Below, piece after piece: positions 11,813 to 24,450 of a stretch of DNA of 64,000 bases. Origin of the DNA: Pristiophorus japonicus (lineage: Eukaryota); contig NC_091984.1 in assembly GCF_044704955.1 (NCBI RefSeq), positions 179,242,001 through 179,306,000 of the forward strand, written 5' to 3'. The first letter of the stretch is position 1. The number at the start of each line of letters is the position of its first letter. Made by a program: the position numbers and the translations under genes. A model generated the notes under the pieces. It did not search any database, was not told the DNA's origin, and saw only the letters and a program-made list of their open reading frames with translations.

Positions 11813-13537
11813 TTAGATCAAATCAATATAGTTCGAATGACCCCTTTCGCCTATTACGCTAATCTCCTTGCTACTCTGAGCTTTGGTGTTAAACCTCCGT
11901 TGTTGTGCATAATATCTAAAGTACCAGCAAGCCATGATTCCCCATGCTACCGCTAGGACGAACTGTATTCCGACCAATATGTGTGTTATAATTCGAATCC
12001 AAGGGTGGATGTTAACATTCATCCCCCAGTTCCATACCCTCCTCCACCAACTCTCATCCTGCAGCTCGGTGTCGGTGTCTTTTTCCAATATCTCAATCTT
12101 TGTCCGCAGTTAGTGGTAGACTTTAACAGACTGTCCGACTCTGAGTTTTAATTCCCTTAATACCTCTGCTAAATGGGGAATAGGGACCTGTTCTTACTCG
12201 TCATAGCCCTCCAGGTGATCATGTAGTTGATCAGTGGCGACAATGATTTCGGTACCTCGCCGTCTAACTTGGATAATGCGGGCTTGCCCTATAGTAATGG
12301 GTCGTAGAAGTATAAAGCAGAAGTTTGGTTGCGGGATCTGGCATTGCAAGCTGTTATACTGATATGAGTGTTCCGTGGTGAAGACACAGTGTCTCCTATT
12401 TCCTCCGTACCCAGCCCGAGCAAAATGTGTAGGGGCGGGTACTATTTCCAAAACACATCCATCAGTTTGATTAAAACCACACTCATCTAATTCTTCCTGT
12501 CCCGCCGGGTGGGGGCACCCCGTGATCTCGCCCCACTGTTTGCACCCTGTCAGGGAGAGGCCGTATAGTGTGTTGCCTCTACGGATAGTGCAGTCTGCAG
12601 TTAATGGAGGGATGCATTGTCGCGTACGACCCCGATATTCTCCAGTTGATAAAGGGGAAATGGGCCTGTGTCTCGTGTGACTATAGGGATCATCAAGACA
12701 ATTCCCATTCCCGCAGCTGTGCCCATTTGGCAGTTTAGGATTGCTGGGTATACTCTGGTTAGTCCCTTCAGAGTGCAGTTATCCAGTATCCCTTGCAGCT
12801 TGGCTAGCTGAGATAGGTGTGAGCTGTCTATCCAGTCTGGTACCTCCCCCCTTTGGATCTGATCGAGGTTGTGTCGTATCTGTCCTACCATCCACAGACA
12901 ATAAGCATGACAGAGTTGCCCTTGTCGGAGCTTTCCGGCATCTTCCTTTTCTCTGTCAATTAGATGATTAATTGTTTTGGTATGAGTCTCGCTTACTGAA
13001 ATTCCATCTAACTGTATCTCCATGCCTTCCCTTCCTAAGTCGGCTTGGTCTTTCTGATTTTGCTCTGCCCGCTCTAACAGTTCTCTCATCACCTCTTTAA
13101 GTTGTTCCATCTTTTCATTCAACCCTTGTAAGTCCAATGAATTTACTGTGGAGGTCCCAGTATTAAAGCCAGTAGCAGCGTCATTGATTATTCCCCTCTT
13201 GCATATGTACCTGCTCTTGTCCTTGAAACCTACCGGCACCCATGGCATTGGCAGCCTGCTGCATTACTATCTTATTTAATACACGATACATCTTTCGTGC
13301 CTGCTCCGTACAATACTCCGGCATTTGTATGCCTGAAATATTGATCAAGACAGGCAAAATTTCGTGTTTAACATTATCATATAATAGTTCACCTTCGTTA
13401 AGTAATACAATCCCATTCTGCGGTCCCGTTGTAATTAACGGGCATGTGAAGACCTCGGGTGAAGTAGAGGTCACTATGGGGCGTGGTGTCGAGGGTGGTG
13501 AAAATCAAACGTACAAAGATATGGCGGCTGCTCCCAT
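11813..13537 (-). pseudogene. Envelope / class I fusion (F-like) glycoprotein pseudogene
   Basis: Stitched ORFs 13181-13474, 12601-13248, 12194-12451 and 11813-12088: basic cleavage site ..CKR|GIIND, heptad region, Cys-rich region, second heptad, Trp-rich 'WWRRVWNW', transmembrane segment 'IITHILVGIQFVLAVAWGIMACW', short tail; about 2 frameshifts and several stops. Confidence 0.8.
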
Positions 13538-14594
13538 CTCTTCAAAATATCCACATATCCACCTTTTTGGTAAATGTCCGTCAGTTGGGGATAGGATTTA
13601 ACAGGGGGAGTGCAAATTATCCTGAAAGTGCACTTATCAGGTCCCCAGGCCTCATCCCTCCTGATGCAGTTGACCCTGGTATCCGTGGAGCAGTGTATGC
13701 ATCAGTTAAATTAAACAAAATTCCATAGTTCGGGTAAATGTCCTGTGTTTGCTGTATCTCTCGTAGTCCATCCGGGTTATCTGATGCTTGTATGAGTATC
13801 GAGATCCCTCGTATCATGCAGCAGAGCTGAAGTGGCCACTGTGATTCTGTCTCGGTGGGTGTTTCATCTGCAAATTTTAAACAGATCCTGGTCGTCACCA
13901 GGTGTTAGGTTCTGGTCTACTCATTTTTTATCCATGCATGTCGAGGTCACTCTGTGAAATCGGAGGTAAGGGTTAGGTTGGGTTTGTGGACTACATTTAC
14001 CCACCGTGGGCTCTATTGCCATAGGTGATGGTGCTATGGCTGCGCACTGTACTATCTGTCTGGTCTCATTTAAAAAAAATCTCTTCCAGCTTATTTATCT
14101 TAGCTTTTAACTCTTGAATTTGTTTTGTTTGAGTATATTTCTTGTATTTGTCTCAGGCGAGTATTATTACACAGGTTAGTTCTGTTTTATTTTATTCTGA
14201 CTATCCCACCATTTCCTTTATCTGTCAGGTGAGTCTCCTTTATACTATTAAGAAATAAATCCACACCTGTGTTTCTAACTTAAAACTTCCCACATACAGG
14301 ACAACACTACAAAGGGTTAAAAAAAACTTTCACTCTGTCTGAAAAAGTGGGTGGAGCTAAAACAGACAGCTTCACCACTTTTCCAAACAGGCTTTCATTC
14401 ATTCCGCAGTCAAAAATTTTACACAAGCACTCTCACTCAAAGACAGACATTCACAAAAGTCTCTCTTCACTCAGCAAAGCTTATCGTCTGACTTATTAAC
14501 TTTTTCTGTTTCTCCGCCAAGTGGCGGGTAAGGGATACTTTGTGTCCCCACTCGAGTTCTGATGTTATATTGGCCATTTAATACTCAGTGGAGT

Positions 14595-14970
14595 TAGAGG
14601 TCTTTAACCCTCAGGGGTCCATCTGCGCACAGCGTGAATTGCAGTAAGACCACCTTGCTCTCAGAGGTCCGCCTCCCTGACGCAACTTGTACAGGCTTTT
14701 TAATAACTCGTAAGTAGGGATAGCTAGAGGTCTTTAACCCTCAGGGGTTTGTCTGCGCACAGTGTGACTTGGAGTAAGACCACCTTGCTCTCAGAGGTCC
14801 ACCTCCCCCGACGCAACTTGTAGCAGGCTTTTTAATAGCTATTAAATTTAGTGATAGCTCGTTAAGGATTGGGAATAATAGAGATGTAACTCTCAGAGGT
14901 CTGCCTGCACCAGCGTGACTTGTAGTAGATCGCCTCTCAGCGGTCCGCCCTTTTTAACGTGACTTGTAGG
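14595..14970. repeat. ~130-bp tandem repeat (two copies plus a partial third)
   Basis: TAGAGGTCTTTAACCCTCAGGGG... starts at 14595 and 14725; a partial copy at ~14890-14970. Confidence 0.8.
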
Positions 14971-15438
14971 TTTTTCTATACACTGTCGGGTTACGAATCT
15001 GCTATTACACAAACCCGTGCAATTCCTTAACGTGGTCCAAGCAATTCCCACAGTGCCCTATTCCCCCTTAACGACTACCTATCACCGTTTTGTCTGTTGG
15101 ACCGACCCACCTTACAGGTTGAATATTGCGTTGACCTCCAGACACCACCTGGTCCCTTTTCCCCCGGGGTTTGTTGCCCTCCCTTTCTTACTGGAACCGG
15201 GAGGTGTCACTTGGTTTCACGATCCTATGGTCTCAGGGGGTTCTCTACGCCTAGTTGATCCTGGCCGTCACGTGGGACTAAGCCCTCTTAATTCAGGCTC
15301 AGGCTAGGTGTGTGAGATACTGGACCATCCATCCATGTCAATCAACCTGTATGTTCACCTTCCGCACCCCGCCGTTTTTTTTTCTTCGACATATACTCAC
15401 CCGGCTCTCCAGGGGTGTCCTTTAAGGGCCTCGGCAAT

Positions 15439-15456
15439 ATCCTACCGACTACGCTA
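15439..15456 (-). promoter_or_regulatory. Primer-binding site, tRNA-Ser
   Basis: Minus strand TAGCGTAGTCGGTAGGAT is two mismatches from TGGCGTAGTCGGCAGGAT, the complement of the tRNA-Ser 3' end. Confidence 0.8.
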
Positions 15457-15457
15457 T

Positions 15458-16061
15458 TGGTAGCACGAATGTGAATTACTCATCACTCAGGGTCGGTCCA
15501 TACATCAAAACGGTTTATTACACCGGCGGGGAGATGAAGCAACTGGTGGGTCCAGGTACCTCTCTCCACCGAAGAAAGGGTTTCATTGATATGTATATGT
15601 TTTGCGACAGTTTGCTACAGTTTACTACAGTTACATCAGCCCATTTCGGCCGGACACTATCCAATCATATAGATTATAGATTACATATAGTAGTAGTTCT
15701 AAACATTAGGCGACTACGTGGTTGCCTAGAGATGTGTTGCCATGAGATGTGTTGCTATGGTCTAGGCCCCCCTTATCTTATTGTCCTTGGCTGTCTTTGG
15801 GTAGCCCCCATATCTTAGTCCTGTTACAGAGTTGTATTGTTCTACGGGCCAGGGTGTCTCGTCTGGGGAACATCTGCGGAGTTGTAGTTGTTTCTGCGTG
15901 AGAACATAGCCGTTATCGATAACTAGGAATGCAGTCTCTTTTCTGCTGGCTGATGCTAAGCCATGAGCAGCCATCTATATTTAATACTACAATTACATAT
16001 TTCGTTCTAAACCTTATGCTACAGGTGCCGTTGCCCTAGGGGAGAATTTTCCGCTATAACA
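15458..16061 (-). repeat. 5' LTR of the env-only element
   Basis: Direct repeat of 11026-11679 with small indels. Confidence 0.92.
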
Positions 16062-19000
16062 CTGAGAAAACTAATTAAAAAAAGAGTAAATAAAACCGAC
16101 ACAGAAGCTTCAGCTTTTGTGCTATGAAAGAGAAAGATAAGCTTTATTGAGTGATGTTTTCCTGACTGTGAATATTTGGGGAGTTAAAGAATTTTTTATT
16201 TGTCTGAAAGCCTGTCTATTAAAAGAAAACCGGTGTGTCTGTATGATTGCTTTAGCTCCCTCCACATTTTCGGACAGAGAGCTGAAAGTTTTTTTTAATC
16301 CTTTGTAACGTTGTATTGGATGTGGGAAGCTTTACGAAAGTGTGGATAAATTGAGTGATAAAATATACATTGTGCACCTAGAATTAAATTACATTTCAAG
16401 TTAGAAATGTAGGTGCAAATGTACTTTGATTATGAATTATGGAGCTATGAAATGCAAAAAGACGATTTGTTTTACAATATATATGTCAGCCTATAAGTTA
16501 CAGTTGAGATGGTGTCTGCTACATAAATTAATTTGAATGTTTTAATTGGATTACAGTAAATATATTTCAATTGTCTTATATAGTCTAAATTAAAAATATA
16601 TGGTCTAGTTTAATTCAAAGCACTGTCTTTTCAATTTGGTAATTGGAAGCCGGAGATGCCCACTTGTCAAAAAATGTAATCATTGATTACATTGGGTTGA
16701 AAGATACTAAATTTAGTCTATGAATGAGATAAAGAAAGAAGGGAAAGATGATGTCTCTTTCAGTATAATGCTTAAAAAACTGCATGTATTTCTCGAAGCT
16801 ACAAACTAATGGACGCTCCGCCCTCTTTTTCATTTTGTGTAGAATGTGTATGATATTTGTTAAATGCAAAACTAATATTTCTCCAGTTATACTCAGTATT
16901 TTTACAGTTCATTGGAAAGGCAGCTGAAGAAAGAATATGCTAAATGGCGTAACTTACCGTGTTATTTTGATTTATTTTTATCTGCTCTGTATTGTGTTTA
17001 GTTAATAACATATTGGTTATGGAAAAAAAGATATTGGTTTGAAGTTGATTGGAATAATTGAGGTTAATTAACCTATGAAAACCCAACCTTCATTGTGGCC
17101 ACGTGAAATTCTGATTATTTCAAAGTCTGAATTTCCCTATTTGCGGACATGAGACTTTCACCAATGAAAAAAAAGACACCCTTATGTTGTTAATGATTTT
17201 TTTTCTAGGAAAAATAAAAAGATTGGCAGTATTTGAAGTGTAATGTTGAGATATTTGGGGTGATTCTCTTTGTTAAACATTTTGATTGTATTGGAAAATC
17301 TTGGGTTTGGAAACCTTTTAAAAATAAATAATACGAAACAGTTTAGAAATAATACTGAATGTTTGGAAACAATCTAAAATGCTGTTTTCTCTGACGAGAG
17401 ACAGTAATGCCATTTTGAGGAGTCGGCATTAGATATGGAAGTAGCCTTGTAAGTGAATGTGAACACTTGAATTGAGAGCATTTCTATCTTTAATGTTAAG
17501 ACACTTTGTAAACTATCACTTGTTTTGAAATTGAAATTGAAAGTAACGTGTAAAATCGAGAGAGGAAGTTTTGAAGGTAAAAGACTCGAAAAAAAGTTTC
17601 TATCGGGAAAGGTTTCAAAAGAATCACATGAAGTGATATAAAGACATCAGACAATGTTCTGCTCCGCCTTCTTATAAACCTTGAAAGAAGTTAACCCTTT
17701 TTGCTGACATATGTTTTCTTAATTCAGCACGGAACCACTTCTGAATTGCTGAATGGAATTTTAAAAATATTGGACATTATTATAACTTGACAAATTAACT
17801 CCTTGTGCTCTTAAGTAGAGCTACAATTCAGACACTCGAGAAAGGAAATCTAACTGAAGTTTAAGGGGATAATTTACGTGTATAAAGAGAATAGTTTGTG
17901 GGGAAATACAATTGAACATTGACAAAACCTGTCAATGTAGCAATATTACTGTTTGGAATTGTGGTAAGTTTGAAATTATGAAACGGATTCACCCACAATA
18001 TAGCTCGTTATAAAGAATTTATTTTAAAAAAGAAGTGTTAATAACTTGGACCAAGTGGGAACGTTTGATCTATGTTTTCTATCTTTAATATTGTATAGGT
18101 CAGCAAGTTTACTCTAGAGCTCATGAGATATGAATAGTAATTAATGGGATGCCCCTATTAAGATGCAAGATGCAAACAGGAAAAGTACACCAACAAATGG
18201 GAATTTTTCTACCATTCTAGTGAAAGTCAGGAAAATATAGATAAGAATATAAAACCGATAGCTTTCTCTTGGAGACCTTTGTGTCCTTGCCTATCTACCT
18301 TTTAAGGAACGTGCATTAATAGCCTGGTCACTACCCAAGACATCGGGAACATGCAGTGGAAGATAAGCAAAGCTCTCGAGACAATCATTTAATAAGACTA
18401 CCTGAAAGCAAAAGATGGCTTGCATCAGATGGCATCGAAATACCTGTGTAAGAGTGCAGACGTGATTTGTAGTATATGAAGCAATTAGCATGTGGAAATG
18501 CATGGTGAATTTTCCCTGAAGAACGGGTCTCAGGCATGCTCAGTAACTTGACAACAACAAGGCATGAAATGGTTAATGTGGCGCAGGAAGTGAGACAATT
18601 TTAAGGCATTGGCACGTACTCCACCAAGAATCTATCTAATCAATGAAACAATCAGATGATAGTTTAATACACTGGTACCTGTTATAGAGATTGAAAGTAT
18701 GTTGAAGTAAAATAATTATATAGGATTTAAGAAAAAAAACAATTGAAGTCTAGTGAGAAATACATTTAGTATCTACTACCTACAATGGATACGAGTCAAA
18801 GTGATCTGGAGAATTTTTTAAGTCCATGAATTGTTGTTTAGATGTTAAACTTCAGCTTTCTTTACAATAACTGTTTTCTTTGTCTGCATTGTTTTGTCTC
18901 ACAAGTTCGAATTCTGAATAAGTTTTACATTAGTTAAGTCGTAAATAAGTCCCGACTCTGTATTAATTAAGGAAATAAGTTGCACGTTTTGACCATGTAG

Positions 19001-19247
19001 CAAGACTTTGATGCATAAGCGAATGTCTATGACTAACCAGCACTCAAAAAATCTAATTGATTAGAACACAAAATTCCATTAAAATGAACAAAGATGGAAA
19101 ACAAAAATTTTGCCATAATTCAACAAGGACGAAGTTAGTGTCATAAAGCATATGGATATCGGAGGTAGTGAATTAATCTGGGTATGATATTGCTAATCCA
19201 GTTTAAGAGGCATTGGGAAGAATTCCTCAGCCTCAAGCTGGGGATAT

Positions 19248-21141
19248 TGTAAGATGAAATTTACCTGCACGTTGTGAAAGTATTTTTAATAATGCTTTTC
19301 TTTAACTGTTACTTGATAAACGTAACTAAACATAGAAACATAGAAAATAGGTGCAGGAGCAGGCCATTCAGCCCTTCTAGCCTGCACCGCCATTCAATGA
19401 GTTCATGGCTGAACATGAAACTTCAGTACCCCCTTCCTGCTTTCACGCCATACCCCTTGATCCCCCGAGTAGTAAGGACTTCATCTAACTCCCTTTTGAA
19501 TATATTTAGTGAATTGGCCTCAACTACTTTCTGTGATAGAGAATTCCACAGGTTCACCACTCTCTGGGTGAAGAAGTTTCTCCTCATCTCGGTCCTAAAT
19601 GGCTTACCCCTTATCCTTATACTGTGACCCCTGGTTCTGGACTTCCCCAACATTGGGAACATTCTTCCTGCATCCAACCTGTCCAAACCCGTCAGAATTT
19701 TAAACGTTTCTATGAGGTCCCCTCTCACTCTTCTGAACTCCAGTGAATACAAGCCCAGTTGATCCAGTCTTTCTTGATAGGTCAGTCCCACCATCCCAGG
19801 AATCAGTCTGGTGAATCTTCGCTGCACTCCCTCAATAGCAAGAATGTCCTTCCTCAAGTTAGGAGACCAAAACTGTACACACTACTCCAGGTGTGGCCTC
19901 ACCAAGGCCCTGTACAACTGTAGCAACACCTCCCTGCCCCTGTACTCAAATCCCCTCGCTATGAAGGCCAACATGCCATTTGCTTTCTGAACCGCCTGCT
20001 GTACCTGCATGCCAACCTTCAATGACTGATGTACCATGACACCCAGGTCTCGTTGCACCTTCCCTTTTCCTAATCTGTCACCATTCAGATAATAGTCTGT
20101 CTCTCTGTTTTTACCACCAAAGTGGATAACCTCACATTTATCCACATTATACTTCATCTGCCACGCATTTGCCCACTCACCTAACCTATCCAAGTCACTC
20201 TGCAGCCTCATAGCATCCTCCTCGCAGCTCACACTGCCACCCAACTTAGTGTCATCCGCAAATTTGGAGATACTACATTTAATCCCCTCATCTAAATCAT
20301 TAATGTACAATGTAAACAGCTGGGGCCCCAGCACAGAACCTTGCGGTACCCCACTAGTCACTGCCTGCCATTCTGAAAAGTACCCATTTACTCCTACTCT
20401 TTGCTTCCTGTCTGACAACCAGTTCTCAATCCACGTCAGCACACTACCCCCAATCCCATGTGCTTTAACTTTGCACATTAATCTCCTGTGTGGGACCTTA
20501 GTGTGAGTAAGCTTAGCTAACCATGGAAAAAGCTGAAAAGCAAAGCATCATTATAAATTAAGCCAATATTGTGTTGGCTGCTATCATGTGCTGAAGTAGT
20601 AAGAATACTCTGGTCTTTTAGAATTCAGCTTATTGAAAAGTACAGCTATTAATTAGTAAGATAAGGGTCTACAGCATGTATCATTTTCCCATTCTGATTT
20701 TGCAAGAACAAGTTTAGTAATGAATAAAATGAGATTGTCTGTGTAGAAGTTTCAGAGAAAAACATTCCGCCTGCAAAATACCAGATAAGGTGTTGAAGGT
20801 CTAAAAACTAGTAAGAGTTGAAACCTAAACAGCTGTGAGCTATCACGTGTGTATGCGTGGGGAAAAAGATATACGAGAAACAGCTGTTGAACTCTGAAGG
20901 CAGCACGAACACAGAAGAAGACTGGAGGAGAACTACAGTCAATTGAACACAGCAACATACATCCAGTGGGCTTCTGTTGAGGTTTCAAGGAACAGACTGG
21001 CTATCACCTCGTTAAGTATTATTTCTTTATACTGGAAGTGAAGCACTTAATAAAATCTGTTGTGCTTATTTACAAAATACCTGTACGCAGTTTGCTGTGG
21101 TCACGGACAGATCTCTTCTGACAGATCTTACAGATCTTACA
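19248..21141 (+). repeat. 3' LTR of the outer LTR element, interrupted by CR1
   Basis: Matches 8866-9585 on both sides of the 19331-20499 insert. Confidence 0.88.
19331..20499 (-). mobile_element. Young 5'-truncated CR1 LINE
   Basis: Near-intact ORF2 C-terminus (19423-20478: 'SGVPQGSVLGP', 'KFADDTKL') in one frame with a single stop at 19882; CATAGAAA tail. Confidence 0.93.
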
Positions 21142-23994
21142 TCTGTTATTTCTTTCCGAACTTTTTTCACAATGTATATAAACGTAGAATCATACAGTAC
21201 AGAAGGAATATTCCGCCGACCTGTGAAAAGAATACACACCCAACTGATGGTGGCCGTGCTCTGCAAATCTGCGCTCTGATGCTGCGAGTAGGAGGGCAGC
21301 ATAATTATCCATGGACCCCAGGGACGCAGCGTGTGTGGAAGCATATGTGGGATCACGTGGATTTCATTCTCCAATAAATAGTTTTTCTTTCAATTAGTTA
21401 AATTACTAAATTATTTACTTACTACAGCATTTAAAACATATAGAGCTTGAGCTTTTTGTTGTGGGAATCCAATTCGTTACTCATAATTCCCACTTCCAAA
21501 CAAATACTGTGCACTGTGCAGATAGTTATGAAATATAAATTTCATTTAAAACATCTGCTGCTTTAACATACACTAGGATTGCTTCGCATTGTTGCTGGAT
21601 GTCATTTAATTAATAAAAAGCATTTTTTTCATTTTTGGGTACTCTTTTACAATGTGAATACAGGTCCTGCGCCTGGTTCCACCAGTCATCACATTTCTCT
21701 ACGCAATTGCTGGGCAGTTAGTGGGCAAATAGCTCAACTCTGCACTAGCAATTCAGTGGCAGAGCAGATGGCCTCTCAACCCATGGAAATCTTGAAATTG
21801 TCGTGGATTTCAAAGGCAGTATGAAGGTGTACTCTAAGATTACGCACCTCAAAATCCGGGCCTTTTCACATCAATCTACAAAACTTAAATCGTAATGGAT
21901 GATAGCATCTAACGTACTTTTTTATATTACAAAACCTCACACTCTCGTTGGTTAAATAGAATGTCAATACAACGGAACAATATCCAACATTACAGTTTAC
22001 ACACTTGCATCCCATGTGAATGGAATCGATTAGTGAAGGGAAGCTCTTTGAGTGTATTCTGAAAAGTACAACCCATGCAATTGCGCGAGATACCTGGAAA
22101 TGGAATTTAATAACTACCTTCTTAGTGCAATAAAATAGCACTGCAGCTGCCCTAAACAGACGGAAATCTCAAAATGCCGAAAGTAATAACGTGGAATAAC
22201 GTAATTAACGCTCTAGTATATAATTAAAAAAACTGCTAATACATAACGACAGCGTCATAATTTTTATTATCCAGAAATTAGCAATTGCTATGAGGCCCAG
22301 CAATATATCTGTTCATTAATTTAATTGAATATACGCACAGAAACAGGACAATCGGCCCAACCAGTCCATGCCGATGCTTCTACTCCCCCTGAGCCTCCTC
22401 CCATCCTTCCTCATCTTACTTTATGAGCGAACCACTATTTCTTCGTCCCTTATATGCTTATCTAGCTTTCCCTTAAATGTGCCTATATCATTCGTGGGAC
22501 CTCATAACAAGCTGTGAGAAATGAGAAATAGTTGCGTTTTCGACATGGTATTGAAAATGAACGTGCCAGATTCTGTACGTATGTTCACTTTTTCCATTGT
22601 TTGTACTGGGGTTAGGGGTCTGCATGACCATATGCTCGACATCAATACTGTTCTGCACACTGCTTTTATCAGTCGTAAGAATTTCAAGGGCAGTCGCTGG
22701 GCAGAAGTTGGGAAAATAGTCCAACTCTACACCCACAGAGGCCCTTTAGTTTTGAATGCCTGCGATCTGCCAGGTGGATTCTTGAAAGATCGCAAATTCC
22801 GGGTTGAGGCGCAAGCGCTGATCATGCGGGACCCGGAACACGCGCGGCCTCTACGGTTGCATGCGCACCTCGTATGCGGCCGTTGGGGCTGCGAATTCAG
22901 GGCTATTGATTTTTTGCAACTTTCTACCCTCATTTATATTGACCCTAAATTTGTGGTCGTTATGAGGGCGTACTCTCAGAGTACGCCATCATCGCGCCTT
23001 TTAAATTGACCAGAAGTTAGGGATTACTGCTTGCGCTAAATTTCCAACTCCACATCGACTTCGCTGTAGGTTTCACCGCCCCATTGAAATCAACGTCCTC
23101 GCAATAGGTAGGGCTAATTGCCCACCTACTGCGCATTAATTACGCTGGACGATTTTACGGCTGGTGCAAACAGGTGCATGAGCCATTTAGCACAGCGCAA
23201 GTGGAGGGGTGATGCAAAAATTGGATAGGTATTCATTGCCTTTAGATTAAATTAACAATGCCTTCTAAGTTTAGGACGTCTCTTTGTTCAAAACCCACTA
23301 GAATAAGCATTAGCATACAATGCTGACACCGAATGACATTACCCTCGACAAGTTCGCTTATCATTGATTTAATATTTTATCGATTTTTTAAAAGAGAGCG
23401 TTTCCAATGTACTAATGCTGCACATCATTTTACAAGTGAACGCCACACAAAAAACTGGGAACATCTATAACCAGAAACAATAGTAATCTCCTCTGTTTTC
23501 TGATTGGTTAAGAGTCAGGAAGTGAAAGAAGCACCGTCCCACGTGATTACAGGTATGCTTAAGCACAACAGTGAACTCCTGGGATCAGTGGGTCATGACG
23601 CTGCGCACAACTCCGCTGCAAGACAATGCAAGTTCTCGAAGGGGGTTCGCACCAGGTGCAGAATTCCTATGGATGTTAGCATCATGCTCTGTAGCTAAAT
23701 TGCCGCGCGCAAAATCAGGGCCATTATTTGACGTGCCACCGAATAAAGTTTCAGCAGCAAACTTACATATACAGTTCTATTCCTTCATCCATATAGTGAA
23801 AAGCTGTAGCCACGTGGCAGATACGTGGCAGACATCACTCGTCTAATTCTGCCAATTTAAGTACTTATCATTTATCCATATCCTCTGTTTCCTACCTCCT
23901 AACTAATTCCCTATCAAAGTCAATAGGTTGTTTCCAATTGCATTCGCTCTCATTTTTGTTAACAATCTCGTAAGTGTAAAGTTGACAAATCACC

Positions 23995-24450
23995 TCTGCA
24001 CTCGCCGACCTAATTCAGCTGCTGGTCCACCAACGCCTCGATATTAGAAAGCTCAACCTCATGTTCAAACCCCTCCATGATCTCGCCTTTCCCTATCTAT
24101 GTAACCTCCTCAAGCCGGGTGACCCTCTGCTAATGTTGCGCTCCTTCAACTCTGGGCTCTTGTGCACCTCCCACTTCCTTTACCCCACCAGCGGAGGTCG
24201 TGCGTTCAGACGTCTAGGCCATAAGCTATGGAATTACCTCCACAAGCGTCTTTGCGATTCCACCTTACGCTCCCCCTTTAACACCCAGCTTACAAACTAT
24301 CTCTTTGACTAAGTGTCTGGCTACTTGTCCTAATGTCTCGTTCTTTAGCTAGGTGTCAACTGTTGTCTATTTGCGCTCCTCTGAAGGTTTTCAGGTCGTT
24401 TTCCTACTTTAAAGATGCTAATTAAATGTAAGTTCTTGTTGTTGTTGATG
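23995..24450 (+). mobile_element. L2-type LINE 3' fragment
   Basis: ORF 24061-24312 'GGRAFRRLGHKLWNYL' resembles the L2 ORF2 end; (TTG)n tail. Confidence 0.6.

Larger units (their letters stand above)
11026..16061 (-). mobile_element. Env-only LTR retroelement (lokiretrovirus-like, F-type envelope), no gag or pol
   Basis: LTRs 11026-11679 and 15458-16061; perfect TSD CTGAG (11021-11025 and 16062-16066); tRNA-Ser PBS; PPT AAAGGGGGGG (11681-11690); env-like ORF remnants. Confidence 0.9.
8866..21141 (+). mobile_element. Non-autonomous LTR retroelement/ERV with tRNA-Arg PBS and no recognisable pol
   Basis: LTRs TGTAAGA...TTACA at 8866-9585 and 19248-21141 (latter split by a CR1); PBS 9588-9605; purine-rich GGGGATAT before the 3' LTR; possible 4-bp TSD tcta/tctg; AATAAA at 9491. 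Confidence 0.85.

Noticed and set aside
14595-14970. CRISPR-like array
   Set aside because: Vertebrate DNA; long units with no unique spacers.
22521-23009. 162-codon ORF as a host gene
   Set aside because: No recognisable domain or exon context; it runs into a GC-rich repeat-like segment.
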